Below, piece by piece: positions 48,773-62,022 of a stretch of DNA of 64,000 bases. This stretch comes from Octopus bimaculoides (lineage: Eukaryota), in the NCBI RefSeq assembly GCF_001194135.2, contig NC_068987.1:105776131-105840130 (forward strand), in the 5' to 3' direction. The position numbers were made by a program, and so were the translations under genes. Each line of letters opens with the position of its first letter. Within the stretch, counting starts at the first letter, position 1. The notes beneath the pieces were generated by a model. It was not told where the DNA came from. It was given only the letters and a program-made list of their open reading frames with translations, and searched no databases.

Positions 48773-49759
48773 ATATATATTTGTCTATACACACAATATA
48801 TATACATAAATATATTTATATATGAATAATATTTAGTACATACACACACACACACACATATGTATGTATGAATTCATATATACAATATATCCTTTCTACT
48901 ATAGGCACAAGGCCTGACATTTCTGGTGAGTGGAGGCTAGTCGATCACATCGACTCCAAACGGAAAGAGCGACAAAATACTATCAAGCATCCAAAAGCAT
49001 TGAGAAGCTTGTGAGGGTATTATTTATTTCTGTACATTGTTACACATGCTAAAATAAGACAAGATTTTTTTGAGATGCATTATGTAATTTCTGTATCTGA
49101 AAACCTGCTGTTTCAACGTTACGTACAGTTCCAATACACAGTGATATTTAATCCACTTGAAAGAACACAAACGTTCAATTCACTAGCAACCTAACTGAAG
49201 AAATCACGCAATGCTGAAACTGCCTATCTGCAAATATAAAGATTATTAAGCTTATATATGAAAGAAAAGATACTGTCTTTATTTATTTATTTGTCTGTAA
49301 CAATATTCAAAAAAACCTTTCTTCACATGAACTATCCCTATATAGAGAATAATATATTTTTTCTGCAGATATCGTATGATAATCTTCATGTCTGTAAATA
49401 AGCTGTATTAGCATTAAGCGTTTCTTCAGATAGATTGCTAAAGGATTTTAGAGCATTATTTATTTACAAAGGAAGTTAATGTAGAAACAGCATATTTGCA
49501 CATATAGGAATTATATAAACACTGAAAGATAAAAATGTGCTATTTACGTATCTGTAACAAGTTGGAAAAAAAAGAGTTACGAACATCTCCTTACCTAAGA
49601 AGAAACATGTTATTTCGTACAGATGTATATCTACATACAAATCATTTGGTTGCCTCTTAATATTAGAAAACAAAAAATACTCGCAAATGCTTCTCCCCCG
49701 CTTATATAATATGAATGAACTAACACAATATTGAGTACAAAAGAATTTTTACTTATTTG

Positions 49760-49829
<70 letters not shown>

Positions 49830-50133
49830 ATCTTTGTCTTTATCTGCGTCAGTTTAAACCTCATCTGCTCAAAAGGCAGCTGACAAACGTTCTTGTTCTC
49901 AGTTTGAAAAATGGCGAACTAAATTAAGGCTTCGCCCATGAAACCCTGTGTATCTATATTTAACAAGATTTGTGGTTTTACAATCTAAGCCGATCCAGTG
50001 GTAGTCTACTTGTTGAAGCTTTATCACATAATTTATTGCTACCGTATTGGGGTGACCATCGCAGATTCTTAAGATTGGTGAGGGCGTACCCAATACATTC
50101 GAGCGCTCTACGATACAAGTAACCTGCACCACT

Positions 50134-50905
50134 ATGAATCTTTTTCATATGGACTACTTTGTCAAAACCATTCCTATACCACCACTTTACTTGAGGATGC
50201 TCACAGAAAAAAAGAATTTCGTTAAAGGCTGACGATGGAATGCCATACAATTTGACAGAGAATTACCTATAGCAGCCGCTGAATATTTCAATATTAAATC
50301 ATGGAAACTTCCTCCAAGAATCAAAGCCCTTGTCCACTTCAAGACCGATGTGCTGAATATCATTTCCATTTAGTAAGTACCCTTGCTCTAACCAGTTTCA
50401 ATCTAAATTTGCTAAAGATATATACGACTATTTAAAAACTCTAATAGTAAGTTTATATTTTCGGACAAGACAAACAGTCTATACGAATTAGATGAAGATA
50501 TACATAATAAATCATTAACTAATACCATTACGGATAAATAGAAGAGATTTGATATAAAGACTTACAACGCTTTTAAACATGAAGGCGATAATCCTAGCAA
50601 ATAGGTTTAATATAGCTAATACAAGTAAATGTGTGGTCAAGAGGGATACATTTATTTCCCTGAACGATCATAAATCTGACTTTCATAATAGACCAAATTG
50701 CAGACTAATTAGCCCGGCTAAGACTGAACTAGATTTGACAATAAAAAAAATTTAAAGAAACATCAATATTAAAATTAACGAATTCTTTAGCCTGTTGCTA
50801 TTGACTAACAGTTTGTTTATGATAGTTTGATTTAAATCCATCCTCAATAAAGATAATGTAAAATTCACACAGTTCGATATTGTGGATTTGTTCCCGTCGA
50901 TATGC
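50134..50905 (+). mobile_element. Penelope-like element relic (Naiad-like): N-terminus and start of RT
   Basis: MNLFHMDYFVKTIPIPP...RWNA...SDKTNSLYELD...FISLNDHKSDFHNRPNCRLISPAKTEL...FTQFDIVDLFPSI (KDHK-like motif and RT motif A FDIVDxxPSI); several stops and frameshifts. Confidence 0.85.
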
Positions 50906-51712
50906 ACGTGTAGAGACAAATCTAAATGTCCTCTAGAGTAGAAGTTCAATATTTCTTACGTTGTTTCTAAAGCACAAGTTTAAGCGAACTATGCAATGGC
51001 CGTACAGAAATCTTGTTCTTTCTTCTTCAAACAGTTTCCTCTTTTACGTCCAACCTTCTCGCTGTACCAACAGCTTTCATTAATCTTCATGCTTCACGTA
51101 CTTGCACCTTCCTTGCTTTGAACCCAGAAGTGTAGTCCATCCGGAATCTGTGCTATCGGACACAGACTGTTGGAGTCTGTTGGCAGTGTCGGGAGACCGC
51201 GTGGGGCGCGACAAGATAAACATATATATACATTTGTATACATATACATACACACACGCACACTCACATCTGTATGTATGTAAATAGATTTCATACCATT
51301 AAGATATTTTGAGTGTTAGTCGAGGATTGAAAATGTTATTCATAATAGATTTAAGTAATTATGGAGGCAGTCACGATTATAAAATACGAAAGAAATCCAA
51401 AAGGTCGAAATGGGATTTAAAATCTAAATATACACTGGCTACAATGTCGATTAGTCGCATGCAAAACTAATATACTTGACATTACAGAGCAAGTATTAAA
51501 GTAGTCGGATTTTATTATTTCACTCCTAAACCATGTGTAAACCCAACAACATTTTCCGCAAAATTTAGCTAGACACAGTACTTGTATGAGTTAACTATAT
51601 AAAATAATGTCAATAGCTTGTTCAGTTTCGTTGAGTGTCCACGTACATTACCCTCGCTACAGATGTTGCCAATTTTTTTAAAAACCTAGTAATGCGATTT
51701 TTAAAAATATAT

Positions 51713-52060
51713 GTTTAAGTTCATGTAAAAACGTTTCATAAAATATAGATAAATGCTTTCCAGTGCTTTGAGTAATCCATTTGACATTTGCAGAAAAGAA
51801 AGATCTTGAGTTTGCTCTTGCGCAAGTTTTCAGATGTTTACCCAACGAAATCTTGAGTAATACTTTTTGTCTGGTGTGTTGTTTGTGGATTCTTGCACGT
51901 TGGCAAAGGGAATTGTTGGTTTTGTCAATATAATTTCTTTGAAATTGCAGTAGGATATGCAGTATATGAGATTCTGTATCTTGCAGTTCATATCTGCATT
52001 TACTTTGAATGAGAAGCTACTTTTAAATTTATATGGGAACCACTGTCCAAATGTTTTCTG
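51713..52060 (-). mobile_element. Second PLE lineage: GIY-YIG endonuclease relic
   Basis: FKVNADMNCKIQNLIYCISYC / NYIDKTNNSLCQRARIHKQH...LGKHLKTC...KIFSF, matching the NLIYC..C...YIGxT...RxxxHK pattern; one frameshift. Confidence 0.8.
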
Positions 52061-52129
52061 TAAAAAATCTTGTCTCCGAACTTCTGAATTTTTTCCTTTA
52101 TATATACTTATTTCTCCCTCTCTCTATAT

Positions 52130-52174
<45 letters not shown>

Positions 52175-52970
52175 NNNNNNNNNNNNNNNNNNNNNNNNNN
52201 NNNNNNNNNNNNNNNNNNNNNNNNNNNNNNNNNNNNNNNNNNNNNNNNNNNNNNNNNNNNNNNNNNNNNNNNNNNNNNNNNNNNNNNNNNNNNNNNNNNN
52301 NNNNNNNNNNNNNNNNNNNNNNNNNNNNNNNNNNNNNNNNNNNNNNNNNNNNNNNNNNNNNNNNNNNNNNNNNNNNNNNNNNNNNNNNNNNNNNNNNNNN
52401 NNNNNNNNNNNNNNNNNNNNNNNNNNNNNNNNTATATGTATATAGATACATAGATGCATAGATACATTCATATTTTATAATTTAGTTAATCTGAAGTTGA
52501 ATACGATACATGAGTTTCACGCCATCGCTGTCCTCATGCGAGGACGGTAAGAACGCAGCTTGTTAGCTTATTCATATTTTTTGGTGTTGATGTAATCTCT
52601 CCATCTTTTTGTTGTTTCCTGTTTATCTTTTATCGCTTGCATTGTCATTGGCTATTTTCTGAGTTATCACTAATGTTTCTGATGCATTTGTTGATGGGGT
52701 GTTATTAATTTTTCTTGTTTTTGTTTTTCAAACTTACTCTTACATCAGTTGATGCTGGTTATATGCGAATTATTAATTGATTTGTGTTTGTAGATGTTAT
52801 TTTCGGATGGTTTATATCTTTTGATTTGAAAATGATTCGTTTGGGAATGTGGAGTTTGTGAACTAATTAAAGATATACGCATTTATGGAGGAATTTCACA
52901 TGCTAATTTAAATCATCGTTCATACATACACATACACACATATGTAAATGCAATGCATACATACACACAC

Positions 52971-53001
<31 letters not shown>

Positions 53002-53447
53002 TACATGAGCATGTCTAGATATGCGACTAAAAGCATGAGAATACATACATAAAACATACAAATCTGCACTTACATATATCCATAAATACATACATATATA
53101 CATACATGCATGCATGCATACATACATACATACATACATACATACATACATACATACATGCATGCCGATATACATGCAAGAGAAGGAGGTATGTGTGTGT
53201 ATGTTTGGGTATATGCGTACGCGCAAGTCTCTGTGTGTGTGTAATGATAGCTCGTGTGTGTGCGTGTGTGTGTGTGTATATATATGCATGCATGTGCGCG
53301 TGTCTGTTTTCAAATATGCACACACATATATTTTGATATTATATAAATACACACATTCAAACGTACACGTACATTTATACTCTCGCAGACACTGAGACAC
53401 AAACACACTGACACACAAAGTCAGAAACACAGACAGACACACGCACC

Positions 53448-53488
<41 letters not shown>

Positions 53489-54267
53489 ACTCACCCCCCC
53501 TAACATACATGCTCTCAAATAAACCTATTTACGGATCAACAATACGTCTGGATATCATCATAGCTAATTAAATCGACTAGTGACTTTCTCATTTTAATCT
53601 GTTGAAGATCTCTGGAAGCGATGAAAGCCGGAAAATGAGAACGCAAAGGAAATTATTTATGGAACACTGCAGACATTCCAATGGTTTGTATAATAGGTTG
53701 GGTAATACATATGAACCCTATTTAAATTCTCTGTACGACTAATCGCATACCTTCCGGTTATAAAAAATTGTCTGTCTTGTTAGAGGCTGAGCAAAGAAAA
53801 TTTAGTAAACAGTGATAAGCAGAAATCTACCAGGCGTTTATGAAAAGTGTTGACCCTCAAAAAAAAAAAAAAAGAAAAAGCCAAACATGGTACAAGACTT
53901 CAAGGTGCAAAACTTTTCATACACCCCTCGTATATAATAAACACAAACATACACAAATGCTTATTATATATATATACATGCTTGTATATATGTATATATG
54001 TATATATTCTATTCTACTGTAATTTTCTGCATTTTCGTACAGCTGAAGATTGCTCTTCATATTGCATTTAATGTAATGCTCGCATTACTTAAAAAAATGG
54101 AGTAGCATGAAACGTGCGTACTGCAATTATCCTTGAAATCCGTGTTGCTTATTTTGATTTTTTGATCACCTATCCTTTTGGAATTGTTTTTGTATAATAC
54201 CATACCATACGATATTCTGGTGCCTACGCATAAGTACCATATTCAATCTTGAATCTAAATCTAAACC

Positions 54268-54401
<134 letters not shown>

Positions 54402-55551
54402 ATATACGTATACATATGTATACATATATGCATCTTTGTATGTGTATACATATATATAGTGTGTAAAATATTAGAGCTAATGTAACCATCTAAAGGATAA
54501 ATGTATATATATATAACGGAGAATCATTGTTGGGGATGCAGTAGGTTCTCCCCAAGAAAAACAGAGAAGTGCATGGTGTGGTGCAGAACGGTGTGTGAAT
54601 CTCCTTCTCTCTCTCTGACACACACACACACACACACGCACGCACACACACATACACACACACACATACACACGTGCACGTACACATATATGTGTATGTG
54701 TATATACGTGCTTATAAGTATATAGATATATTTGTGTATATATGTATATATCAACATACATACATGCATACACACACACACACACATATATATATACATG
54801 CATGCATACACACGGACACAAACGGCATACACATACACACACACAAACACACCAAAACCCCACCATAAGCCAAGAAATATAAGGACACCACTAAATTTCG
54901 TATTTCGGAATAGTGGTTTTCAAAACATTGGTCGAGAAGTAGAATGTTCGTCAAATTTTCAATACAACTCAAAACATGCTAAAAGTGTGAGCAAATTTAT
55001 TTATTAACGCATTCAACAATTGTCATAATTCTCAAAAATATATAACCTTTAGAAACAGGTAGTATATAAATCAGAATGAATAAATTTAATTCTTACAGAA
55101 TTTGGCATTCGGTAAAAGTTGCGAATCAGTTATTCTTTTATTCTTTTTATATGATTTCAGTCGTAGGGCAATGGCTACACTGGAGCACCGCTGTAACTTA
55201 TTTTCTATCGGATTTGTTGTTGCATTACAGCAGGAAGTTGGAATATGATTGAGTTTATTGCAGCTGATCTTCCCTCATTGTACCCTTGAATGCTTGAATA
55301 ATCCAGATCCGTAATAAGGTGTTTTGAATATTTCAGTAGATATTCCATTTATACTTCTGATTTCTTTATGTAAGCAAATGAACAGCTGAGGACCTTTAAA
55401 TATCACTATAAACATTCACTCGGAGCTCTGTGATCTCCGCCTACACCGTTTACTCAACCTCAGCCCGCCTGTCTTTCCATCTCTAGTGAAACTTGTTGCG
55501 TTCAATCACCTTAGCCCCACTCTCGCCATTATAGTTAATCTTTTCTCCATA

Positions 55552-56052
55552 GGCGCACGAGTGACTGTATGGTAAGTAGCTTGCTTACCAACCACATCGT
55601 TCTGGGTTCAGTCCCACTGCGTGGCACCTTGGGCAAGTGTCTTCTACTATAGCCTCGGGCCGACCAAACCTTGTGAGTGGATTTAAGACGGAAACTGAAA
55701 GAAGCCCGTCGTATATATGCATTCATATATATGTATGTGTGTGTGTGCGTATATGTTTGTGTGTGTGTGTGTGTGTATATGTTTGTGTGTGTGTGTATAT
55801 GTTTGTGTGTGTGTGTATATGTTTGTGTGTGTGTGTATATGTTTGTGTGTCTGTGTTTGTCCCCCCCAGCATCGCTTCACAACCGATGCTGGTATGTTTA
55901 CGTTCCTGTAACTTAGTAGTTCGGCAAAAGAGACCGATAGAATAAGTACTAGGTTTACAAAGAATAAGTCCTGGGGTCGATTTGCTCGACTGAAGGCGGT
56001 GCTTCAGCATGGCCGCAGTCAAATGACTGAAACAAGTAAAAGAGTAAAGAGT
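55552..56052 (+). mobile_element. SINE family C, full-length, with expanded internal compound microsatellite
   Basis: GGCGCACGAGTGACTGTATGGTAAG head, GGGTTCAGTCCC, CORE-like CACCTTGGGCAAGTGTCTT, internal (GTGTGTGTGTATATGTTT)n, tail ending GTAAAAGAGTAAAGAG. Confidence 0.92.
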
Positions 56053-58284
56053 AACTTCTTTCTGGTCATGTCTTTCCTCCAGGTGTTGACCAGCAATGGT
56101 TTACAGGGTGCATTCATGCCATCAAACCACCCAATCAAGAAAGACATGTAAATGTTTGGGCAAAACCCCTTCCTACACATTCAAGAAGTTAAAGCAAATA
56201 AATTCCATAACTTGTTTTAAAAAGTTAGCTAATAATGAATGACGTTATATTTCTATATAGATTTATTTGGTTATAAAATTACTGGCAAAACCGAAAATAA
56301 TTTTGTAACCAGCTTCATTTTTCAAACATAAAACAAAAACGTTTGTTTTAATTTTAAAATTAAAATAACTTTAGAATAAGTTTACTGCTCATTTAATTTG
56401 GATGTAATTCTTATGAGTGTGTCTATCCGGTATCAACTAATATGTTTTGTTTCCATTTGTATTTTGGGCAATATGCTTTCGTTGGTTTTACTTTCCACAG
56501 ATATATTTTCCATTAATGTGTCAAATTTTTAATTATCACAATATATACACACCAGTATCACAGCCGAATACACCCCCACTACATACAAACGTACGTATAT
56601 ACAGGTGTACATAGATATACTGATATTTAACACACACACATATACATACACATATACATACTATATACATGCACACATATATGCATATATTAGTATATAC
56701 AGGCAACTGCTTTTCTTTTACAAATTTTCCATTAAATATCCTATCTGAATTTTGTCATTTTGATTATAAAATTTACGTATTTTCTGATGAGATTTTTACA
56801 GATACTTTGAAGCTGTAAAGTTCCTAAATTAATATTCGACATCTCCAGATCTTCACACTTTTATTTTCGAGAATCAAATATATTTGACTCTGCATTGTAT
56901 AACGCTGTGATACTCCAGTATTCGTCTTCTACTTACCTACTTTTACTGCTTACAGAAAACCAGGGGCAGACGAAATACATACATACATATACACGCATGC
57001 ATGCGTACATACACACAAATACATATATACATACATATACATGAACATCGATCAGATTCTGATCATATCGCCCGTGTGTTGAAGTACCTCCGTACGACAT
57101 TGTAAACGTCATTTAATTAAGATACCCTTATATATATATATCCTGGTAGCCGTAAGTGGTGAACATGGTCTGCCGGCACAGTACTAGGAACATGTCCAAA
57201 ATAAGGTTTGGGAGCTAAACTGTGAAATCTCATATCCAAATTTTAATTTTATTTATAACTTAAAATATATGTATATATATANNNNNNNNNNNNNNNNNNN
57301 NNNNNNNNNNNNNNNNNNNNNNNNNNNNNNNNNNNNNNNNNNNNNNNNNNNNNNNNNNNNNNNNNNNNNNNNNNNNNNNNNNNNNNNNNNNNNNNNNNNN
57401 NNNNNNNNNNNNNNNNNNNNNNNNNNNNNNNNNNNNNNNNNNNNNNNNNNNNNNNNNNNNNNNNNNNNNNNNNNNNNNNNNNNNNNNNNNNNNNNNNNNN
57501 NNNNNNNNNNNNNNNNNNNNNNNNNNNNNNNNNNNNNNNNNNNNNNNNNNNNNNNNNNNNNNNNNNNNNNNNNNNNNNNNNNNNNNNNNNNNNNNNNNNN
57601 NNNNNNNNNNNNNNNNNNNNNNNNNNNNNNNNNNNNNNNNNNNNNNNNNNNNNNNNNNNNNNNNNNNNNNNNNNNNNNNNNNNNNNNNNNNNNNNNNNNN
57701 NNNNNNNNNNNNNNNNNNNNNNNNNNNNNNNNNNNNNNNNNNNNNNNNNNNNNNNNNNNNNNNNNNNNNNNNNNNNNNNNNNNNNNNNNNNNNNNNNNNN
57801 NNNNNNNNNNNNNNNNNNNNNNNNNNNNNNNNNNNNNNNNNNNNNNNNNNNNNNNNNNNNNNNNNNNNNNNNNNNNNNNNNNNNNNNNNNNNNNNNNNNN
57901 NNNNNNNNNNNNNNNNNNNNNNNNNNNNNNNNNNNNNNNNNNNNNNNNNNNNNNNNNNNNNNNNNNNNNNNNNNNNNNNNNNNNNNNNNNNNNNNNNNNN
58001 NNNNNNNNNNNNNNNNNNNNNNNNNNNNNNNNNNNNNNNNNNNNNNNNNNNNNNNNNNNNNNNNNNNNNNNNNNNNNNNNNNNNNNNNNNNNNNNNNNNN
58101 NNNNNNNNNNNNNNNNNNNNNNNNNNNNNNNNNNNNNNNNNNNNNNNNNNNNNNNNNNNNNNNNNNNNNNNNNNNATATAAACATATACACACGTTAAAT
58201 AACGGTTTTACGACATCTATAAAAGTTGTTACACAATAATGATCTGAATTAGCTGAGGATTCTGGAGACACTTAGACCCATCAC

Positions 58285-58408
58285 CAAACAGATTTAGTGC
58301 GACACTGCATGCTCCGATGTTGGTTTCTTGAATATCATACGCTGTCCTTGCAGTGATTTTAAACATAGTCTTTGCCGACGTATTTTCACTCAAAAAGCTG
58401 GTGTCTAC
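58285..58408 (-). CDS. Candidate exon (124 nt, phase 0-1) of unidentified minus-strand gene
   Basis: Acceptor gttcttttctactattatgttag; only one frame open: VDTSFLSENTSAKTMFKITARTAYDIQETNIGACSVALNLF; donor G|gtgatg is weak. Confidence 0.3.
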
Positions 58409-58655
58409 CTAACATAATAGTAGAAAAGAACAGCCAAAGGGGAACTGGGAAGAAAACCAATGCCACATGAGGTGAAGAGTACTAGAAATACGCTTCTTTC
58501 CTTCTAATGTTTTTATTTATTTTGTTTTCTCTTCCTTTGAAAATTATATCATTTCCTTCTTGTTTCTCTCTTTGAATTCATGTTCATGTTTTTAACTTTC
58601 ATGTTGTATGAAATATAAATGTTATACGCTTATATACATATTGTGTTCATTTGCC

Positions 58656-58689
<34 letters not shown>

Positions 58690-58732
58690 ACATGTATGTA
58701 TAGGTTTGTATACATATACATATATGAGTGTG

Positions 58733-58765
<33 letters not shown>

Positions 58766-58850
58766 TGTAATCAAGTATTCACCTGATCAGTGTCGATGCA
58801 TCACCTGGCAGCAGTAAATGCAAAGGGATTCTCAAAACCACATTAGAACT

Positions 58851-58974
<124 letters not shown>

Positions 58975-59051
58975 CTATATATATATATATATCTATCTAT
59001 CCACCTTTTTATATATGTGTGTGCGTGTGTGTGTGCATGTGTGTGTGTGTT

Positions 59052-59097
<46 letters not shown>

Positions 59098-59334
59098 TGC
59101 GTGCGTGTGTACGCTACTTACTCAACTTAAAACGATGAACTACGCTGCAAAGAGGGAAAAGGTGAAGTTTCCAGAAAGACAGAAATAAGGGAATTTTCCA
59201 AAAGATCAACAGGAAAAACGACAGAAATGAAACAAAGTAAATATAGGAAGAAGAATGAAAGAGAAAAATAAAGCTGGAAGGAATAAGGATCTAACGAAGG
59301 AAATAGAAAGAATAAATGAAAGAAAGTATGCAGA

Positions 59335-59336
59335 AT

Positions 59337-59377
<41 letters not shown>

Positions 59378-59518
59378 GGTGGTGGTGGTAGTAATGGTGG
59401 TAGTATTAGTAGTAGTAGAAGTAGGAAAGACGAAAGAGGAGGAAGGGGAATAAAAGAAAAAGAAGAAGAAAAGACGAAGAGGAGGAAGAGAAGAAGAAAA
59501 AGAAGAGTTATAAGAAGA

Positions 59519-59580
<62 letters not shown>

Positions 59581-59772
59581 GAAGAAGAAGAAGAAGAAGA
59601 AGAAGATGACGACGATGACGACGACGACGACGACGACGACGACGAAGAAGAAGAAGAAGAAGAAGAAGAAGAAGAAGAAGAAGAAGAAGAAGAAGAAGAA
59701 GAAGAAGAAGAAGAAGAAGAAGAAGAAGAAGAAGAAGAAGAAGAAGAAGAAGAAGAAGAAGAAGAAGAAGAA
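59335..59772. repeat. Compound trinucleotide array (AGT)(GGT)(AAT)(AAG)(GAC)(GAA)n
   Basis: Direct observation; ends in an uninterrupted GAA run of roughly 40 units. Confidence 0.95.
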
Positions 59773-59913
59773 TGCTAATACAAGATTTGCTCGCAGAAAA
59801 TGTAAAAACGTAGTAACTAGAAGGCGGAAACAGAAATATAATCAACAGGGAAAAGGAATAATATGCTAAGTCGACCACGGCGGAATTTGCATGAAAAGAA
59901 ATATAACATAATA

Positions 59914-60443
59914 CAGGGATAGGGAAACTTTTTAGTGCGGCGGGCAAAAATTTCCTAAGAAAAAGGTCAGCGGGCGGATCACAAGTTCTAACTCATATCT
60001 GTGTACATCTTGTATATATCTTTGTATAATTTGATATACTTTAATAAAGATAAGTTTTACACATTAAATTAACGCATAACATCTTCATTAACGCCGCCAC
60101 TGAATTTAAGATGTTTATATTACTTATGAGGCATTCTATATTTTTCAGCTAGAGTGTAGTTGGGTCTCAAGAGTGTGGTACAAACCTAGTAATATGTATT
60201 TCATAGTGAAAACATAATTTCCATTCAAATGGCAATTATCGGACGATTTCTGTTCGTGTCTGACCATGTTAAGTCGTAGTGGAAACGCGACCTATATCGC
60301 AAATAGACATATGAATATTGTCCAAATTTTATGATTGAAAAATTTACTATATTTTGTAATATATGAGTATATCAGCCTGCGGGCACAATAAAATGGGTTC
60401 CCGGGTGTAATTGCGCCCGCGGGCGGGGGTTTCCCCATTCCTG
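59914..60443. mobile_element. hAT-superfamily-like non-autonomous element (MITE), 530 bp
   Basis: Imperfect TIRs CAGGGATAGGGAAAC / CAGGAATGGGGAAAC, GC-rich subterminal GCGGGC motifs, perfect 8-bp TSD ACATAATA at 59906-59913 and 60444-60451. Confidence 0.9.
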
Positions 60444-60476
60444 ACATAATATATCAAATGTAAATGTACAGTCGCT

Positions 60477-60632
60477 GGCGCGGCTGTGTGATAAGAAGCT
60501 TGTTTCACAACACATGGTTCCGGGTTCAGTCCTATTGCGTGGCACCTTAGGCAAGTGTCTTGTACTATAGCCTTGAGCCGACCAAAGCCTTGTGAGTGGA
60601 TTTGGTAGACGGAAACTGATAGAAGCCCGTCG

Positions 60633-60635
<3 letters not shown>
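60477..60635 (+). mobile_element. SINE family C, 5' half running into (TA)n and a gap
   Basis: GGCTGTGTGATAAG...GGTTCCGGGTTCAGTCC...GGAAACTGATAGAAGCCCGTCG. Confidence 0.85.
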
Positions 60636-60671
<36 letters not shown>

Positions 60672-61359
60672 NNNNNNNNNNNNNNNNNNNNNNNNNNNNN
60701 NNNNNNNNNNNNNNNNNNNNNNNNNNNNNNNNNNNNNNNNNNNNNNNNNNNNNNNNNNNNNNNNNNNNNNNNNNNNNNNNNNNNNNNNNNNNNNNNNNNN
60801 NNNNNNNNNNNNNNNNNNNNNNNNNNNNNNNNNNNNNNNNNNNNNNNNNNNNNNNNNNNNNNNNNNNNNNNNNNNNNNNNNNNNNNNNNNNNNNNNNNNN
60901 NNNNNNNNNNNNNNNNNNNNNNNNNNNNNNNNNNNNNNNNNNNNNNNNNNNNNNNNNNNNNNNNNNNNNNNNNNNNNNNNNNNNNNNNNNNNNNNNNNNN
61001 NNNNNNNNNNNNNNNNNNNNNNNNNNNNNNNNNNNNNNNNNNNNNNNNNNNNNNNNNNNNNNNNNNNNNNNNNNNNNNNNNNNNNNNNNNNNNNNNNNNN
61101 NNNNNNNNNNNNNNNNNNNNNNNNNNNNNNNNNNNNNNNNNNNNNNNNNNNNNNNNNNNNNNNNNNNNNNNNNNNNNNNNNNNNNNNNNNNNNNNNNNNN
61201 NNNNNNNNNNNNNNNNNNNNNNNNNNNNNNNNNNNNNNNNNNNNNNNNNNNNNNNNNNNNNNNNNNNNNNNNNNNNNNNNNNNNNNNNNNNNNNNNNNNN
61301 NNNNNNNNNNNNNNNNNNNNNNNNNNNNNATATATATATATATATATATATATAAAGGA

Positions 61360-61900
61360 TAAATGTACGAGTGGAAGAATTAGATTAATGAGTGATTTGA
61401 AGCAAGAAAAGAAGGGGAAAGTAAATAGTGAACAAAGGGAAAAGAGTTGAAGAGAGAGGGAGTCGGAATGGAGAAAGATATTAAAAAGGGAGAAAGTAAC
61501 GATGTAGGAAAGTGAAAGTAAATTATGAATAAGGGAAAAGGAATGAAGGAGAGAAAGAGGAATACTGTTAGAAAAGAGAGGAAAAAAGAAAGAGAAAATG
61601 AAAGCAAGATAGAAAGGAAGAATAGGGACGGAGAGAAAAAAAGAGGAAGAGGGAGAGTTTATTGAATAAGAGAAGGAAAAGAAAGAAAGAAAAGAAAGAG
61701 AGGAAAGACAGAAAGAAAGAAGAAAATAAAAATAGAAATAAAAGTAAAAAGTAGTGTAAAAAGAATGAAAATTTGAAAGACAAGAAAAATAAAATGAAGG
61801 AGACAAAGAGCGATGCGCAGGAAATAAGCATTACGGTCTTTTCTCAATCAATAAATAAATGAATAAACAAATATATAAATAAACAAACAAAAATATAAAT
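61360..61900. repeat. Purine-rich (GA/GAA) low-complexity tract
   Basis: Strong A/G strand skew; produces spurious F/L/S-rich minus-strand ORFs. Confidence 0.85.
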
Positions 61901-61982
61901 AAATCTTAAGAGGGGAAAAATATGAAACCTTTCTGTTTTTAATTTTAAAAAGCAAACGACGCGAGAATAACACCTTTCTCTC

Positions 61983-62022
<40 letters not shown>

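Noticed and set aside
49192-49230. CUGAAGA...GAAAC motif upstream of the PLE ORF
   Set aside because: Stem II has a mismatch, and stems I and III and the NUH triplet cannot be formed.
49899-50369. Minus-strand ORFs such as MYGIPSSAF...
   Set aside because: They overlap the antisense of the plus-strand PLE N-terminus or have no recognisable homology.
52505-52550. GTCCTC-GCAT-GAGGAC hairpin next to GAAAC on the minus strand
   Set aside because: Two or more core mismatches and no stem I; an ordinary short hairpin.
56070-56200. Plus-strand acceptor followed by VDQQWFTGCIHAIKPPNQERHVNVW...
   Set aside because: No good donor before stops, no recognisable family, and opposite strand to the better exon candidates.
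59255-59947. 204-218 aa poly-K/N/S/L ORFs
   Set aside because: Stop-free reading of a trinucleotide array; no complex coding sequence.
60565-61847. F/L/S-rich apparently membrane-like ORFs
   Set aside because: Antisense of a GA-rich low-complexity tract plus a gap.
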